Source of the DNA: an uncultured bacterium
GTDB taxonomy: Bacteria; Joyebacterota; Joyebacteria; Joyebacterales; Joyebacteraceae
Length of the DNA stretch: 64,000 nucleotides
Direction of reading: 5' to 3'
Assembly (NCBI GenBank): GCA_964521425.1
Contig: CAZFRO010000007.1
Location: 50,106-114,105, forward strand
Shown: positions 54,405-64,000 of the stretch, piece after piece
How positions within the stretch are numbered: position 1 is the first letter of the stretch
How the letters are laid out: each line of letters opens with the position of its first letter
Translations under genes and position numbers: made by a program
Notes under the pieces: generated by a model
The model's database searches: none
What the model was told of the DNA's origin: nothing
The model's input: only the letters and a program-made list of their open reading frames with translations

Positions 54405-56846
54405 GCCCCACACGTCGCGCGCGTATTCGCGGATGGTTCGGTCACTGGAGAAGCGACCGATTCTGGCCACATTGAGGATGGCCTTCTTGCGCCAGAGCGA
54501 CTGATCAGCGTACTCGGCGCTCGCCCTGTCCTGCGCCTCGACATACGAGGGCAGATCCGCGAGATGGAAGTAGTGATCGCCATCTTCAAGCAGCGACTTG
54601 TAGATCCATTCGAAGAGCCCCGGCTCGTGCCGGCTGAACCTGTTCGAGCTGAAACAGTCCAGGACCCGCCGGATCTGCTCGTCGGTCGAGTAGATGTGGC
54701 GAGGATCGTAGCTGCCGGACGTCCTCATCTCCGAGATCTGATCGACCGTCAAGCCGAAGATGTAGATGTTCTCCTCCCCGACCTCCGCCAGTATCTCGAC
54801 ATTGGCGCCATCGAGCGTCCCCATCGTGAGAGCACCGTTCATGCTCAGCTTCATGTTCCCGGTTCCGGACGCCTCCGTCCCCGCGGTCGAGATCTGCTCG
54901 CTGATGTCCGCGGCCGGGATGATCCGTTCCGCCAGTGAGACGCGATAGTCGGGAATGAACGCGACCTTGATAAGACCGCGTACGCGCTCGTCGCGATTGA
55001 TCGTGGCGCCGACGTTGTTGATGAGCTTGATGATCTGCTTCGCCGCCCAATAGCCGGGAGCAGCCTTGCCGGCGAAGACGTAGGTCCTGGGCACAGCGGG
55101 TTCATTGCCGTCTTCGACGATCCGCAGGTATTCGTGGACGATGCGGAGCACATTCAGGAGCTGCCGTTTGTACTCATGCATCCGCTTGACGTGCACGTCG
55201 AAGAGCGTATGCGGATCCACGGATATTCCGGAAGTCTCGGCGATGGTCTTGGCGAGCCGTGTCTTGTTGAGTTCCTTGACGTCGGCAAACGCCTCCTGAA
55301 AACCCGGGTCGGACGCGTGCGGCTCGAGCGCGCGAAGCGCGTCGAGATCCGTGATCCACTCACTACCTATAGTGCTCGTCAGAAGGTCAGCGAGAGGTGG
55401 ATTCGCCTTCAGCAGCCACCGCCTCTGCGTGACACCGTTGGTCTTGTTGTGAAACCGCTCCGGCCACAGCTCGTAGAATTCCGGGACCAGCTCGCTCTTG
55501 ATGAGTTCCGTATGAAGCTCGGCAACTCCGTTCACCGCGTGGCTACCTATGATGGAGAGGTTGGCCATGCGCACGTAGCCGCCGTTCTCGGGAGCTATGA
55601 TCGAGACGCGTCGCAGGCGATCATCATCGCCGGGCCAGACGAGCGAGACCTGCTCGCGGAAGCGACTGTCGATCTCACGGATTATCTGGAGGTGGCGCGG
55701 CACTATTCGTTCCATCAATCCGACCGGCCAGCTCTCGAGGGCCTCCGGCATTAGCGTATGATTGGTGAATCCCAGTGTGTCCTTGGTGATCTGCCACGCC
55801 TTCTCCCAGACCATGCCTCTGTCGTCCATGAGGAAGCGCATGAGTTCGGCGACTGTCAGGGCGGGATGGGTGTCATTTAGGTGGATGGCGACGTGCGATA
55901 GGAATCCCTCGAAGTCGTCATTCTCCTTCTCGTACCGCCGCATGATGTCGCGCACGGCGCATGCAACCAGGAAGTACTCCTGGAGAAGCCGGAGTTCCCT
56001 ACCCTTCTCGATCGAGTCCGATGGGTAGAGGACCTTGGAGACGGTCTCGGAAGCGATCTTCTGCTGGACGGCCCGAAGGTACTCACCCTGATTGAAGATC
56101 TGCATATCGAAGTCCTGCGATGAGCGCGCCGAGAACAGCCGCAGGTAGTTCACGGACTTGCCTCCGTACCCGACGACCGGCATGTCGTGCGGAATGCCCA
56201 CGACGACCTTCCAGTCTTTCCACACCGGGCGCGGTCTGCCGTTCGCGTCATATCCCTCTTCCACGCGACCGTAGACGGGAATCATCAGGGACTCGTTGGC
56301 CTTCTCGATGAGCCATGGGTTGGAGCTTGCCATCCAGTCGTCCGGGCGCTCCTTCTGGTATCCGCGTTCGATGATCTGCTTGAAGAGACCATACTGGTAG
56401 TTGATTCCGTACCCGAAACCGGGCATCCCGAGGGTCGCAAGGGAATCAAGGAAGCAGGCCGCGAGCCTGCCCAGCCCTCCGTTTCCCAGGGCGGCGTCAC
56501 GCTCGCATTCCCGCACTTCCTCGAGATCAACTCCGAGACCGAGAAGCGCCTCGGTGCAGACATCATGGATGCCGAGATTGTAGAGGTTGTTGCCGAGCGA
56601 TCTCCCCATGAGGAACTCCATGGAAAGGTAGTACAGCCGCTTGGCGCCGGCGCGCTCGTAGCGATGCTCGGTCTCGAGCATGCCGTCGATCAGGAGGTCG
56701 CGGGCCGCCATGCTGACAGCCCTGAACATGTCATCGTTCGTCATCTCTCCCCACTCGAGGCCGAGTGAGTATCTGGCGTGCCGACGGATGGACGCCTGCA
56801 GAGACGAGACCAGTAGCTCATTCTGTGAAGCTGTATCCTCGCGCAT
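54387..56846 (-). CDS. glgP: Glycogen/maltodextrin phosphorylase
   Basis: YYLSMEFL, LGNGGLGRLAAC, HLNDTHP, KRMHEYKRQ and EASGTGNMK (PLP Lys) motifs. Confidence 0.96.
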   Translation of the reverse strand: MREDTASQNELLVSSLQASIRRHARYSLGLEWGEMTNDDMFRAVSMAARDLLIDGMLETEHRYERAGAKRLYYLSMEFLMGRSLGNNLYNLGIHDVCTEALLGLGVDLEEVRECERDAALGNGGLGRLAACFLDSLATLGMPGFGYGINYQYGLFKQIIERGYQKERPDDWMASSNPWLIEKANESLMIPVYGRVEEGYDANGRPRPVWKDWKVVVGIPHDMPVVGYGGKSVNYLRLFSARSSQDFDMQIFNQGEYLRAVQQKIASETVSKVLYPSDSIEKGRELRLLQEYFLVACAVRDIMRRYEKENDDFEGFLSHVAIHLNDTHPALTVAELMRFLMDDRGMVWEKAWQITKDTLGFTNHTLMPEALESWPVGLMERIVPRHLQIIREIDSRFREQVSLVWPGDDDRLRRVSIIAPENGGYVRMANLSIIGSHAVNGVAELHTELIKSELVPEFYELWPERFHNKTNGVTQRRWLLKANPPLADLLTSTIGSEWITDLDALRALEPHASDPGFQEAFADVKELNKTRLAKTIAETSGISVDPHTLFDVHVKRMHEYKRQLLNVLRIVHEYLRIVEDGNEPAVPRTYVFAGKAAPGYWAAKQIIKLINNVGATINRDERVRGLIKVAFIPDYRVSLAERIIPAADISEQISTAGTEASGTGNMKLSMNGALTMGTLDGANVEILAEVGEENIYIFGLTVDQISEMRTSGSYDPRHIYSTDEQIRRVLDCFSSNRFSRHEPGLFEWIYKSLLEDGDHYFHLADLPSYVEAQDRASAEYADQSLWRKKAILNVARIGRFSSDRTIREYARDVWGIKPVL

Positions 56847-57087
56847 CTATCCCTCACATCTCATGCGGACTCGATGGGTAGCCATGTCTTCCATTCATAG
56901 CCCTGAAATCGCCCACGTCAACCGAGAGAGAACGATGCATCTTGTGTGCCTGATAGTCAAGCCGTGCGTGGACGGCCTGAAGCTGGACTTCGCAGGGGAA
57001 GAGAGTGGGCATGATAATTCATGAGGATTTGTTCAGTATCGCTTCGGAGTTCTGGATGGCCGTGCACGGAGACCGGCCACTGCGCCT

Positions 57088-57116
57088 TTGACTCGCTGCA
57101 CGCCGTCCGCTAGAGT
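57088..57116 (+). promoter_or_regulatory. Sigma70-type promoter
   Basis: TTGACT-N17-TAGAGT. Confidence 0.55.
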
Positions 57117-57198
57117 CGGATTTGCTCGGCCTCTCTCCGGAGGGGCCGTCGCCCGGTCGAGGTGATGTCGCTATCATTTGGGAGACGAGGTCTTAAGG

Positions 57199-59514
57199 AT
57201 GACAGACAGAACCGACAAGTCGCCGAGTGCTCCGGATGCATCTTCATGCTCCCACGTCGGACGCAGTGTTACGCGAGTCGATGCGGAGGACAAGGTACGG
57301 GGTGCTGCCCGCTACGTGGACGATCTGACCTTCCCGGATATGTTGCACGCGGCCCTCGTGTTTCCCGGAGTCGCCCACGCGCGCCTCAAGGGCGTTGATC
57401 CATCGCCCGCGCTCAAGATGCCGGGAGTCCACGCCGTCATTGTGGCGGGAGATATCCCCGGTGAGAACCAGGTCGGCTGCGTGGACAAGGACCAACCGCT
57501 CATACCCCAAGACAGGATCCGCTACACAGGCGATGCCGTGGCCGTGGTTGTGGCCGATACGGAGGGCCTGGCCCGCGAGGCGGCACTTGCAGTGCGTGTT
57601 GATGCAGAGGAACTGCCGGCGGTATTCGACGCCGAGGAGGCCATGCGAGCTGACGCACCGCTGGTTCACGATGGCGGCAACACCTTCCTCCACTTCAAGA
57701 TCAGGAGAGGCGATGTCGCCAGGGGATTCGAAGAGGCAGACACCGTGATCGAGCGCGTGTTTCATACGCATCACCAGGAGCATTCCTACCTCGAGCCCCT
57801 GGGAGCAATCGCGGTGCCCGAAGAGGGTGGGTCCGTAACCGTCTACGGGACAATGCAGTGCCCGTACTACGTCCAGAAGGCGGTGGCCACGGTACTCGGC
57901 ACTCCCCTTTCGCGAGTGCGTGTCCGTCAGACGGTCACGGGGGGTGGCTTCGGCGGCAAGGAGGATGTGCCGAGTGAGATCTGTGCCTGCGCGGCGCTCG
58001 CGGCCTGGAAGACAGGGCGGCCCGTGAAGCTCATCCACACGCGGGAGGAGGACTTCTACCGCTCGAGCAAACGCCACCCGATGTCTGTCTCATTCAAGCT
58101 GGGTGCCACGGCGGACGGACGCTTCACCGCGGCGGAGATCCGCGTCGTCGCGGACGCCGGTGCGTACTCCACCTTAAGCCCCGTCGTCATCTTCCGCGCA
58201 GCTGCGCACGCAACGGGGCCCTACGAGATACCGAACGTCAAGACCGACGCCTACGGCGTGTACACGAATCGCCAGACCACGGGCGCCTTCCGTGGCTTCG
58301 GGCAGCCCCAGACCATCTTCGCAGACGAGTCGGTCGTGGATGAGATGGCTGAGAGGCTCGGGATGGATCCGGTCGAGCTTCGTCTGAAGAACTGCCTGGA
58401 CGTCGGGAAGCATACGGCGACGGGACAACTCCTCACGGAGAGCGTCGGTCTCCCCGAAACGCTCAAGAAGGCTCGCGACGTCTCGGGCTGGCGGAAGAAG
58501 AGAGAGGGCTACGCCACTGACAACGGTCGCATCAGACGGGGAATCGGAATCGGCTCCATCTACTACGGAGTGAGTCTCGGCGCGAAGGGTCTTCTCCTTG
58601 ACGCCTCGGGTGCGCATCTGAACGTCTATCGTGACGGCTCCGTGAGAATCGCCGTCGGTGGGACAGAGATGGGTCAGGGGCTTCTCACTGTGCTCTGCCA
58701 GATTGCGGCAGACAGCCTCGGCGCTCCCATCGAGTCAATCCATGTCGACCATGTGGATACAAGTATCGTCCCCGACAGCGGACCGAGTGTCGCGTCGCGC
58801 ACGACGCTCATGACAGGTAACGCCGTCATCGATGCGGCGACGAAGCTCAAAGCAGCGATGGGAGAGGTCGCGGCCGACATGCTCGGCACGTCATCCGACG
58901 GCATCGAGTTTCGTGACGGACTTGTGCGTGGCGGCGGTGGATCTGTGACGTTCGCCGACCTTGCCAACGAATGCTGGCTTAGGAACGTGAACACGGCCGC
59001 TGAGGGCTGGTACGCCGCTCCTGAGTCTACGTTCGACGAGAACGGTCAAGGCGATGCTTACGCCGTCTACTCCTATGCGACTCACGTGGCGGAGGTCGAG
59101 GTCGACACCGAGACCGGCGAGATTCATCTGGTCCGCGTCACCGCCGCACACGATGTCGGCCGGATCCTCAATCCGGTCACGCTCGAGGGACAGATCGAGG
59201 GCGGCGTGCTTCAGGGCGCGGGAATGGGACTGTACGAACAAATGAAGACAGAGGGCGGTGACATCACGACGCCTGACTTCTCCACATACATCATTCCGAC
59301 CGCCATGGACGTACCGGAGATAGAATCGGTGTTCGTCGAGGCGCGCTATTCGAAGGGGCCGTTCGGCGCAAAGGGTATCGGTGAGACTCCGGCTATGCCC
59401 GGCGCAGTCGCGATCGCGAACGCCGTGACACACGCCACCGGCATCCGCTTCAATGAGCTGCCTGTCACAGCCGAAGCCGTACGGTTGGCGCTGTCAAAGA
59501 GGAGGAATCAATGA
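57199..59514 (+). CDS. Xanthine dehydrogenase family molybdopterin-binding (large) subunit
   Basis: GGGFGGK, GAFRGFG, EMGQG, GQIEGG and GAKGIGE motifs. Confidence 0.92.
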   Translation: MTDRTDKSPSAPDASSCSHVGRSVTRVDAEDKVRGAARYVDDLTFPDMLHAALVFPGVAHARLKGVDPSPALKMPGVHAVIVAGDIPGENQVGCVDKDQPLIPQDRIRYTGDAVAVVVADTEGLAREAALAVRVDAEELPAVFDAEEAMRADAPLVHDGGNTFLHFKIRRGDVARGFEEADTVIERVFHTHHQEHSYLEPLGAIAVPEEGGSVTVYGTMQCPYYVQKAVATVLGTPLSRVRVRQTVTGGGFGGKEDVPSEICACAALAAWKTGRPVKLIHTREEDFYRSSKRHPMSVSFKLGATADGRFTAAEIRVVADAGAYSTLSPVVIFRAAAHATGPYEIPNVKTDAYGVYTNRQTTGAFRGFGQPQTIFADESVVDEMAERLGMDPVELRLKNCLDVGKHTATGQLLTESVGLPETLKKARDVSGWRKKREGYATDNGRIRRGIGIGSIYYGVSLGAKGLLLDASGAHLNVYRDGSVRIAVGGTEMGQGLLTVLCQIAADSLGAPIESIHVDHVDTSIVPDSGPSVASRTTLMTGNAVIDAATKLKAAMGEVAADMLGTSSDGIEFRDGLVRGGGGSVTFADLANECWLRNVNTAAEGWYAAPESTFDENGQGDAYAVYSYATHVAEVEVDTETGEIHLVRVTAAHDVGRILNPVTLEGQIEGGVLQGAGMGLYEQMKTEGGDITTPDFSTYIIPTAMDVPEIESVFVEARYSKGPFGAKGIGETPAMPGAVAIANAVTHATGIRFNELPVTAEAVRLALSKRRNQ

Positions 59515-62420
59515 AGCTCAGGGGTCTGCTACTGACGATTCTGCTCGTGGTCCCATCTGTGCTCCTCACTACCTCGGTTGCCGCAGCGGATGGCTCAGCC
59601 GCACCCGAGAGCATATACTCCGCCGTGTCCGAGAGCGCGCACACCACGACTCCCAAGAGCATGAGCGAGGCCATGGACGACGCCCTCCGCGCCATTGCCA
59701 TGACACGCTCCGACCTCGGCTTCCGGACGGACTATGCAGACAGTCCCGACTCGTTCCGCCTGGCAATCGCCGACCACCTGCTTGAGGCTCCGCTCAAGAC
59801 GAACGGCTACGTGCACGAGCTGGCAGACGATGTCGCCAAGGCATATGATCTGACGCTGCTGGTGGCACTAGCTGCGCGCGAACTCGATCTCGGAGTCGGT
59901 ATCGGCACCTGCGGCACGGAGCCTCCGGGCGGCATAACCGCAGTCGGAGAGCTCCTGAGTGGTATCAAGAAGGCGGAGCTAGAGCTTGAGAGAGCCTTCG
60001 AGCGACTGACCGCAGATGAGATCGAGTTCATCATGAGACACGCTCCCGTACTCCTCGAGGAGGAGGAGTTCGACCCGGACAAGCCGATAGAGATGCGTGA
60101 GAAGGAAGCGGAGGACAAGGAAATCCTCGGTGATGAGCTCTTGAGAATTGCGGGGAACATCGACTACTCCCGCATCGCCACCGCCGGGACGATTCTCGCC
60201 TCAGCCACGGACGCCGCCCTCGCCATCATCGAGGCGAGCAGGCCCGGGGACATGAGCTCCATTCTCCCACAGGATGAGAGCGGGAGCGACAGGCGCTCCG
60301 GCTTTCCCCTGGAGTGGGTGGCAACAGGGGATGTGCTCGAGATCATCGAGACTGAGGCCGGTCTCATTGTGATAGGCGGCCCCGGTGCAACTGCGTATCA
60401 TCGGACGTGCGCGATCATCATCGATCTCGGCGGCGATGACACCTACGAGCAGCCGGCATCCGGCCGGTGGGAGCTTCACCCCTTCTCTATAGTAGTAGAT
60501 GTCGCGGGCGACGACACATACTCCGGCGGCGACCATGCCCTGGGCGCTGGATTCGGAGGTGTGGGTGTGCTTGTGGACCTGGAGGGTGATGACAGCTATG
60601 CGTCCGGGAGCTTCTCGATCGGCTCGGGGCTCTTCGGTGTCGGCGTCCTTCTGGACAAAGGCGGGAACGACCACTACGTGGGCGACACCTGCGTGCAGGG
60701 CGCAGGCGCCTTTGGAATCGGCATCCAGCTGGATGAATCGGGAAACGACTCGTACCACGCCGCGCTCTTCTCCCAGGCGTTCGGTTTCGTGAAGGGCTTC
60801 GGACTCCTGTACGACTCTCTCGGCAACGACCTCTACTTCGCCGGTGGCAAGTACACCGACGAGATCCGCTACTTCAATCACTTCCTCAGCCTCTCTCAGG
60901 GGTTCGGATTCGGCTGGCGGCCTGATGCCTCCGGCGGCATCGGACTCCTCGTCGATTCAGCCGGCAATGACGTGTACGTTTCCGACATCTTCGGGCAGGG
61001 ATCGAGCTACTGGTTCTCAGTCGGTGGGCTCGTCGACTTCGAAGGAAACGATCAGTACATCTCGTACCAGTACGCGCAGGGCGCGGCGACGCACATAACA
61101 GCGGCGGCCCTCGTCGACTGCGCAGGCGATGATAACTACGTGTCCAAGGGCGTCTCCCAGGGATGCGGACACGATCTCGCGGTCGGCATCCTCCACGACC
61201 TGTCCGGAGACGACAACTACATTTGCCACGATCTGTCACAGGCTGCAGGCAACGCCAACGGGATCGGGATCCTGCTCGATGACGGCGGCAACGATACCTA
61301 CTCGGTGCGAAACTCCGACAACACGCATGGCTACGGCAACCTCAGGCGGGACTACGCAAGTGTGGGCATTCTGATCGACGGAGGAGGAACAGACTCGTAC
61401 GGCGGCCGCGGAGACAACGACACCTGGTGGACGCACAGCGACCGCGGCGTCGGCATCGACACGGATATCTCCCTCCCTCCAACTGAGGCCGAACCGACTG
61501 CGGACGACGATTCCGTTCAGGATGCTGAGGTTGACACGCTTGCACTTGCCGCGCTCTCACCGGAGGAGCTCTTCGACCGCGCATCATCGTCGGCCCTTCA
61601 GTTCGCCGCGATGATCCAGCCGTCCCGCCGGCTCCTCGTCAGGAACCACGAGGAGTCCCTCCCCTATCTCGTTACGGAACTGGATACCGACGGGGCCAGG
61701 GAACGCCACGCACTTGAGGATGTCATCGTACGAATAGGAACGCCGGCCGTTGGCCCGCTTATCGAGGCGATCGCCGTCGAACTCGAGCGCACCGATACAA
61801 CTCGCGGTGTGCGGCTCGCCGCCGGCATCCTCGGGCGCCTGGGAGACCCGGAAGCCCTTGATGCTCTCACACAGGCGTCCGGTCATGGTGAATGGAAGAT
61901 CCGCTCCGCGGTCGCGAGCGCCATTGGGAGAATCGCGGTCCAGGATGGAGTCCCGGCTCTCGTCCTGTTGCTCGATGATGAGAATGAGATGGTGCGGAAG
62001 AGCGCCGCCGTTGGCTTAAGAAGGACGGCTGCGGACAACATCATTGATGACGAGACCATTGCCGCACTCATCCGCGCGCTCGGTGATACGTACTACGCGG
62101 TGAGACAGAGCGCCGGCGCCGCGCTGGCCGCAGTTGGGGAGCGGGCGTTGGAGAGACTCACGCATCTCGCTTCTTCTGGGGACTCTGTTTTAAGGCTCGT
62201 GGCGATAGAGACGCTGGGGGCGATTGGAGTGGAGTCGTCGCTCGAGACTATGCTCAGCCTTCTGGAGGATGATGACTGGGCGGTGCGAGTCTGCGCAACT
62301 GAGGCCATAAGGAGAATCGGCCCGGACGGGAAGGCGCGCAAGGAGATGGCGAGACTGCTTCGTAGCGAGAGTCACCCGCTCGTGAGGGCTCGCGCCAACG
62401 AAGCGATAGCACCGATGTAG
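59511..62420 (+). CDS. Secreted protein with Gly/Asp-rich D-x-x-G-x-D-x-Y repeats and C-terminal HEAT repeats
   Basis: Signal peptide; about 11 repeats such as GVLVDLEGDDSY and GILLDDGGNDTY; HEAT/PBS-lyase-like helices. Confidence 0.75.
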   Translation: MKLRGLLLTILLVVPSVLLTTSVAAADGSAAPESIYSAVSESAHTTTPKSMSEAMDDALRAIAMTRSDLGFRTDYADSPDSFRLAIADHLLEAPLKTNGYVHELADDVAKAYDLTLLVALAARELDLGVGIGTCGTEPPGGITAVGELLSGIKKAELELERAFERLTADEIEFIMRHAPVLLEEEEFDPDKPIEMREKEAEDKEILGDELLRIAGNIDYSRIATAGTILASATDAALAIIEASRPGDMSSILPQDESGSDRRSGFPLEWVATGDVLEIIETEAGLIVIGGPGATAYHRTCAIIIDLGGDDTYEQPASGRWELHPFSIVVDVAGDDTYSGGDHALGAGFGGVGVLVDLEGDDSYASGSFSIGSGLFGVGVLLDKGGNDHYVGDTCVQGAGAFGIGIQLDESGNDSYHAALFSQAFGFVKGFGLLYDSLGNDLYFAGGKYTDEIRYFNHFLSLSQGFGFGWRPDASGGIGLLVDSAGNDVYVSDIFGQGSSYWFSVGGLVDFEGNDQYISYQYAQGAATHITAAALVDCAGDDNYVSKGVSQGCGHDLAVGILHDLSGDDNYICHDLSQAAGNANGIGILLDDGGNDTYSVRNSDNTHGYGNLRRDYASVGILIDGGGTDSYGGRGDNDTWWTHSDRGVGIDTDISLPPTEAEPTADDDSVQDAEVDTLALAALSPEELFDRASSSALQFAAMIQPSRRLLVRNHEESLPYLVTELDTDGARERHALEDVIVRIGTPAVGPLIEAIAVELERTDTTRGVRLAAGILGRLGDPEALDALTQASGHGEWKIRSAVASAIGRIAVQDGVPALVLLLDDENEMVRKSAAVGLRRTAADNIIDDETIAALIRALGDTYYAVRQSAGAALAAVGERALERLTHLASSGDSVLRLVAIETLGAIGVESSLETMLSLLEDDDWAVRVCATEAIRRIGPDGKARKEMARLLRSESHPLVRARANEAIAPM

Positions 62421-62517
62421 ACCGCGGCTACGACGCCGGGCGAAGCAACAGCATCGATCCAGACCGCGACTGCCACGCGGGCGAGGCAACAGCACCAATG
62501 TAGACCGCGGCCGCCAC
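62399..62517. repeat. ~42-bp degenerate tandem repeat (about 3 copies) spanning the HEAT gene stop codon
   Basis: Units begin at 62399, 62441 and 62482 and read EAIAPM*, EATASIQ and EATAPM*. Confidence 0.75.
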
Positions 62518-62551
62518 ATCACGCATGGCTGCCGGACGGCGCCGCGCACGG

Positions 62552-64000
62552 CTATCCCCCACCCTGCTGCTTCTCAAGCTCCCGAACCTGCGCCATGTTC
62601 GCGATGATGTTCCGGTCCCCCGGCGCCAGGCGGAGTGCGATTTCCAGCTCCACAAGAGCTTCCCCGTACTGCCCGGTCCTCGCCAGCAGAATACCCAGGT
62701 TGTTCCTGGCTCCGGCGTACTCAGGGTCGATCAGAATGGCTCGATGGTAGGCGGCAATGGCAGGCCCGGGGCGGCCGGTATCTTCCAGCACGACCGCGAG
62801 ATCGTTCCACGCCTCCTTGAAGTCGGGGTTCGCCTGGGTGGCGAGGCGCAGTTGTTCTTCTGCATCCTCCAGCTCACCGAGCCTTGCGAGAACAGACCCA
62901 AGATTATAGAGCGCCTCGTGCATCAACGGGTCGCGCTTGAGCGCTTCACGAAACCACCCTGCCGCTTCCACGAGATCACCGCGACGCATGAAGAGAGTCC
63001 CGATATTGTTCCGGGCCGACGCCAGTTCGGGGTCCAGTTCCGACGCGTGCTTGTAGGCGCCGAGCGCCTCATCTGTGCGCCCGAGCAGCCCCAGCGATAT
63101 GCCCATGTTGTTGTGGGCCTTGGCATACCCCGGTGACAGCTCTACCGCCTTCTGATACTCGGCAACAGCGTGGTCGTACTTGCCTGCTGATGCGTATGCA
63201 AGACCGAGTGTGTTGTGCGTCTGCGCACGCTCTCCGACGTGTGTTCCGTAGAAATCGGTATTGACGAAGACGGCCGCCGCCGCCACTGCGAGAAGCCCCA
63301 CCATCAGAGGTCTCCATCGTCGGTCTCGCGCGCGGTCCCACAGCCAGAGCACGCCGCTCGATGAGAAGATGATGATGACCGGGATGACGGGGAGCCTGAA
63401 TCGCGCGCTGACGAAGAAGAGAAGCACACTGCCCATGTATGAGAGGAGAAAGAAAATTAGAAGCGATGCCCCTTTGCGGCGTCTCGCGACCCAGGCCCCT
63501 ATGAAGGCAAGGGGTGCTATGACACCGAAGTGAAGCCACGAGAGAGAGCGGAAGACCGGTGACATCCGACCGAAGAAGTAGATGTCCTTGTTGTTCGCGA
63601 GTTCGAAGCTGTCCCAGAAGAGCACGAACTTCTTGAGATAGAGCCGTGCTGCAGCGCCCGGCTGGTCGCGCAGGAAGCTATGCCCGAGGCCGTACCAGTA
63701 GCCCGACACCTCGCTCGGCTTCAGAGGCGTCCCGCACTCCCTCTCAGCGATTCGCTCGCAGTCGCTGTACACCCACGCCTCCCCAAGGCCGGGGACGACC
63801 GCTGAGATCCCGTCCGCATGCTCGTTGTTCCCTATGTGGAAATTGATACCGCCCTGTGACGCGATGAGCACGAAGTCGTCGTCCAGGGCCTTGTTCCTCA
63901 ATGTCACAGGAATCACGATGAGTGCGACACCAACCAGGAGCAGCACGGATCGAAGAGCGGCGGTCAGAAGAGGCGTTCTGCCTCGCACGAGCGACAGCCG
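62552..64000 (-). CDS. Membrane protein (GT-C/PMT-like C-terminal part) with TPR repeats; 5' end outside the window
   Basis: GGINFHIGNN and FFVSARFRLP motifs, transmembrane helices, about 6 TPRs. Confidence 0.75.
   Translation of the reverse strand, partial: RLSLVRGRTPLLTAALRSVLLLVGVALIVIPVTLRNKALDDDFVLIASQGGINFHIGNNEHADGISAVVPGLGEAWVYSDCERIAERECGTPLKPSEVSGYWYGLGHSFLRDQPGAAARLYLKKFVLFWDSFELANNKDIYFFGRMSPVFRSLSWLHFGVIAPLAFIGAWVARRRKGASLLIFFLLSYMGSVLLFFVSARFRLPVIPVIIIFSSSGVLWLWDRARDRRWRPLMVGLLAVAAAAVFVNTDFYGTHVGERAQTHNTLGLAYASAGKYDHAVAEYQKAVELSPGYAKAHNNMGISLGLLGRTDEALGAYKHASELDPELASARNNIGTLFMRRGDLVEAAGWFREALKRDPLMHEALYNLGSVLARLGELEDAEEQLRLATQANPDFKEAWNDLAVVLEDTGRPGPAIAAYHRAILIDPEYAGARNNLGILLARTGQYGEALVELEIALRLAPGDRNIIANMAQVRELEKQQGGG

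Noticed and set aside
57117-57198. Moco riboswitch upstream of the molybdoenzyme
   Set aside because: The predicted leader is only about 75 nt with a single hairpin, too short and without recognisable motif features.
62399-62517. Possible CRISPR or REP element
   Set aside because: These are whole-unit degenerate tandem copies of the adjacent gene end, with no unique spacers and no copy noticed elsewhere in the window.
1-64000. tRNA, rRNA and other known structural RNA genes
   Set aside because: No cloverleaf or T-loop signatures were recognised by eye in intergenic regions; tRNAscan/Infernal would be needed to exclude them fully.

Overview
GC-rich bacterial chromosomal segment with about 45 genes. 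I found no rRNA, tRNA, CRISPR array or mobile element. Four secreted proteins end in FlgD-Ig/T9SS-type sorting domains, and the respiratory genes are anaerobic; this suggests an uncultured FCB-group-like anaerobe (inference). The main points are: (1) an hdrC-hdrB-hdrA-mvhD operon joined to a soluble fumarate-reductase-like flavoprotein and Fe-S pair, with no hydrogenase, Flx or membrane anchor, followed by a degenerate hydrogenase-maturation protease, an ECF sigma factor and a Cys-rich soluble anti-sigma; (2) a second ECF sigma/anti-sigma module whose promoter motif (GTGAAT-N16-CGTC) occurs three times and drives a secreted DUF4384 protein with Pro-rich and Trp/Asp-rich repeats plus a lipoprotein; (3) a three-gene secreted cassette (hypothetical, M23-like, propeptide-less C25); (4) a triply disrupted hybrid sensor kinase; (5) 33 of 45 genes ending in TAG; and (6) short degenerate tandem duplications at the stop codons of convergent gene pairs. 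All calls come from reading motifs by eye; no database searches were run.
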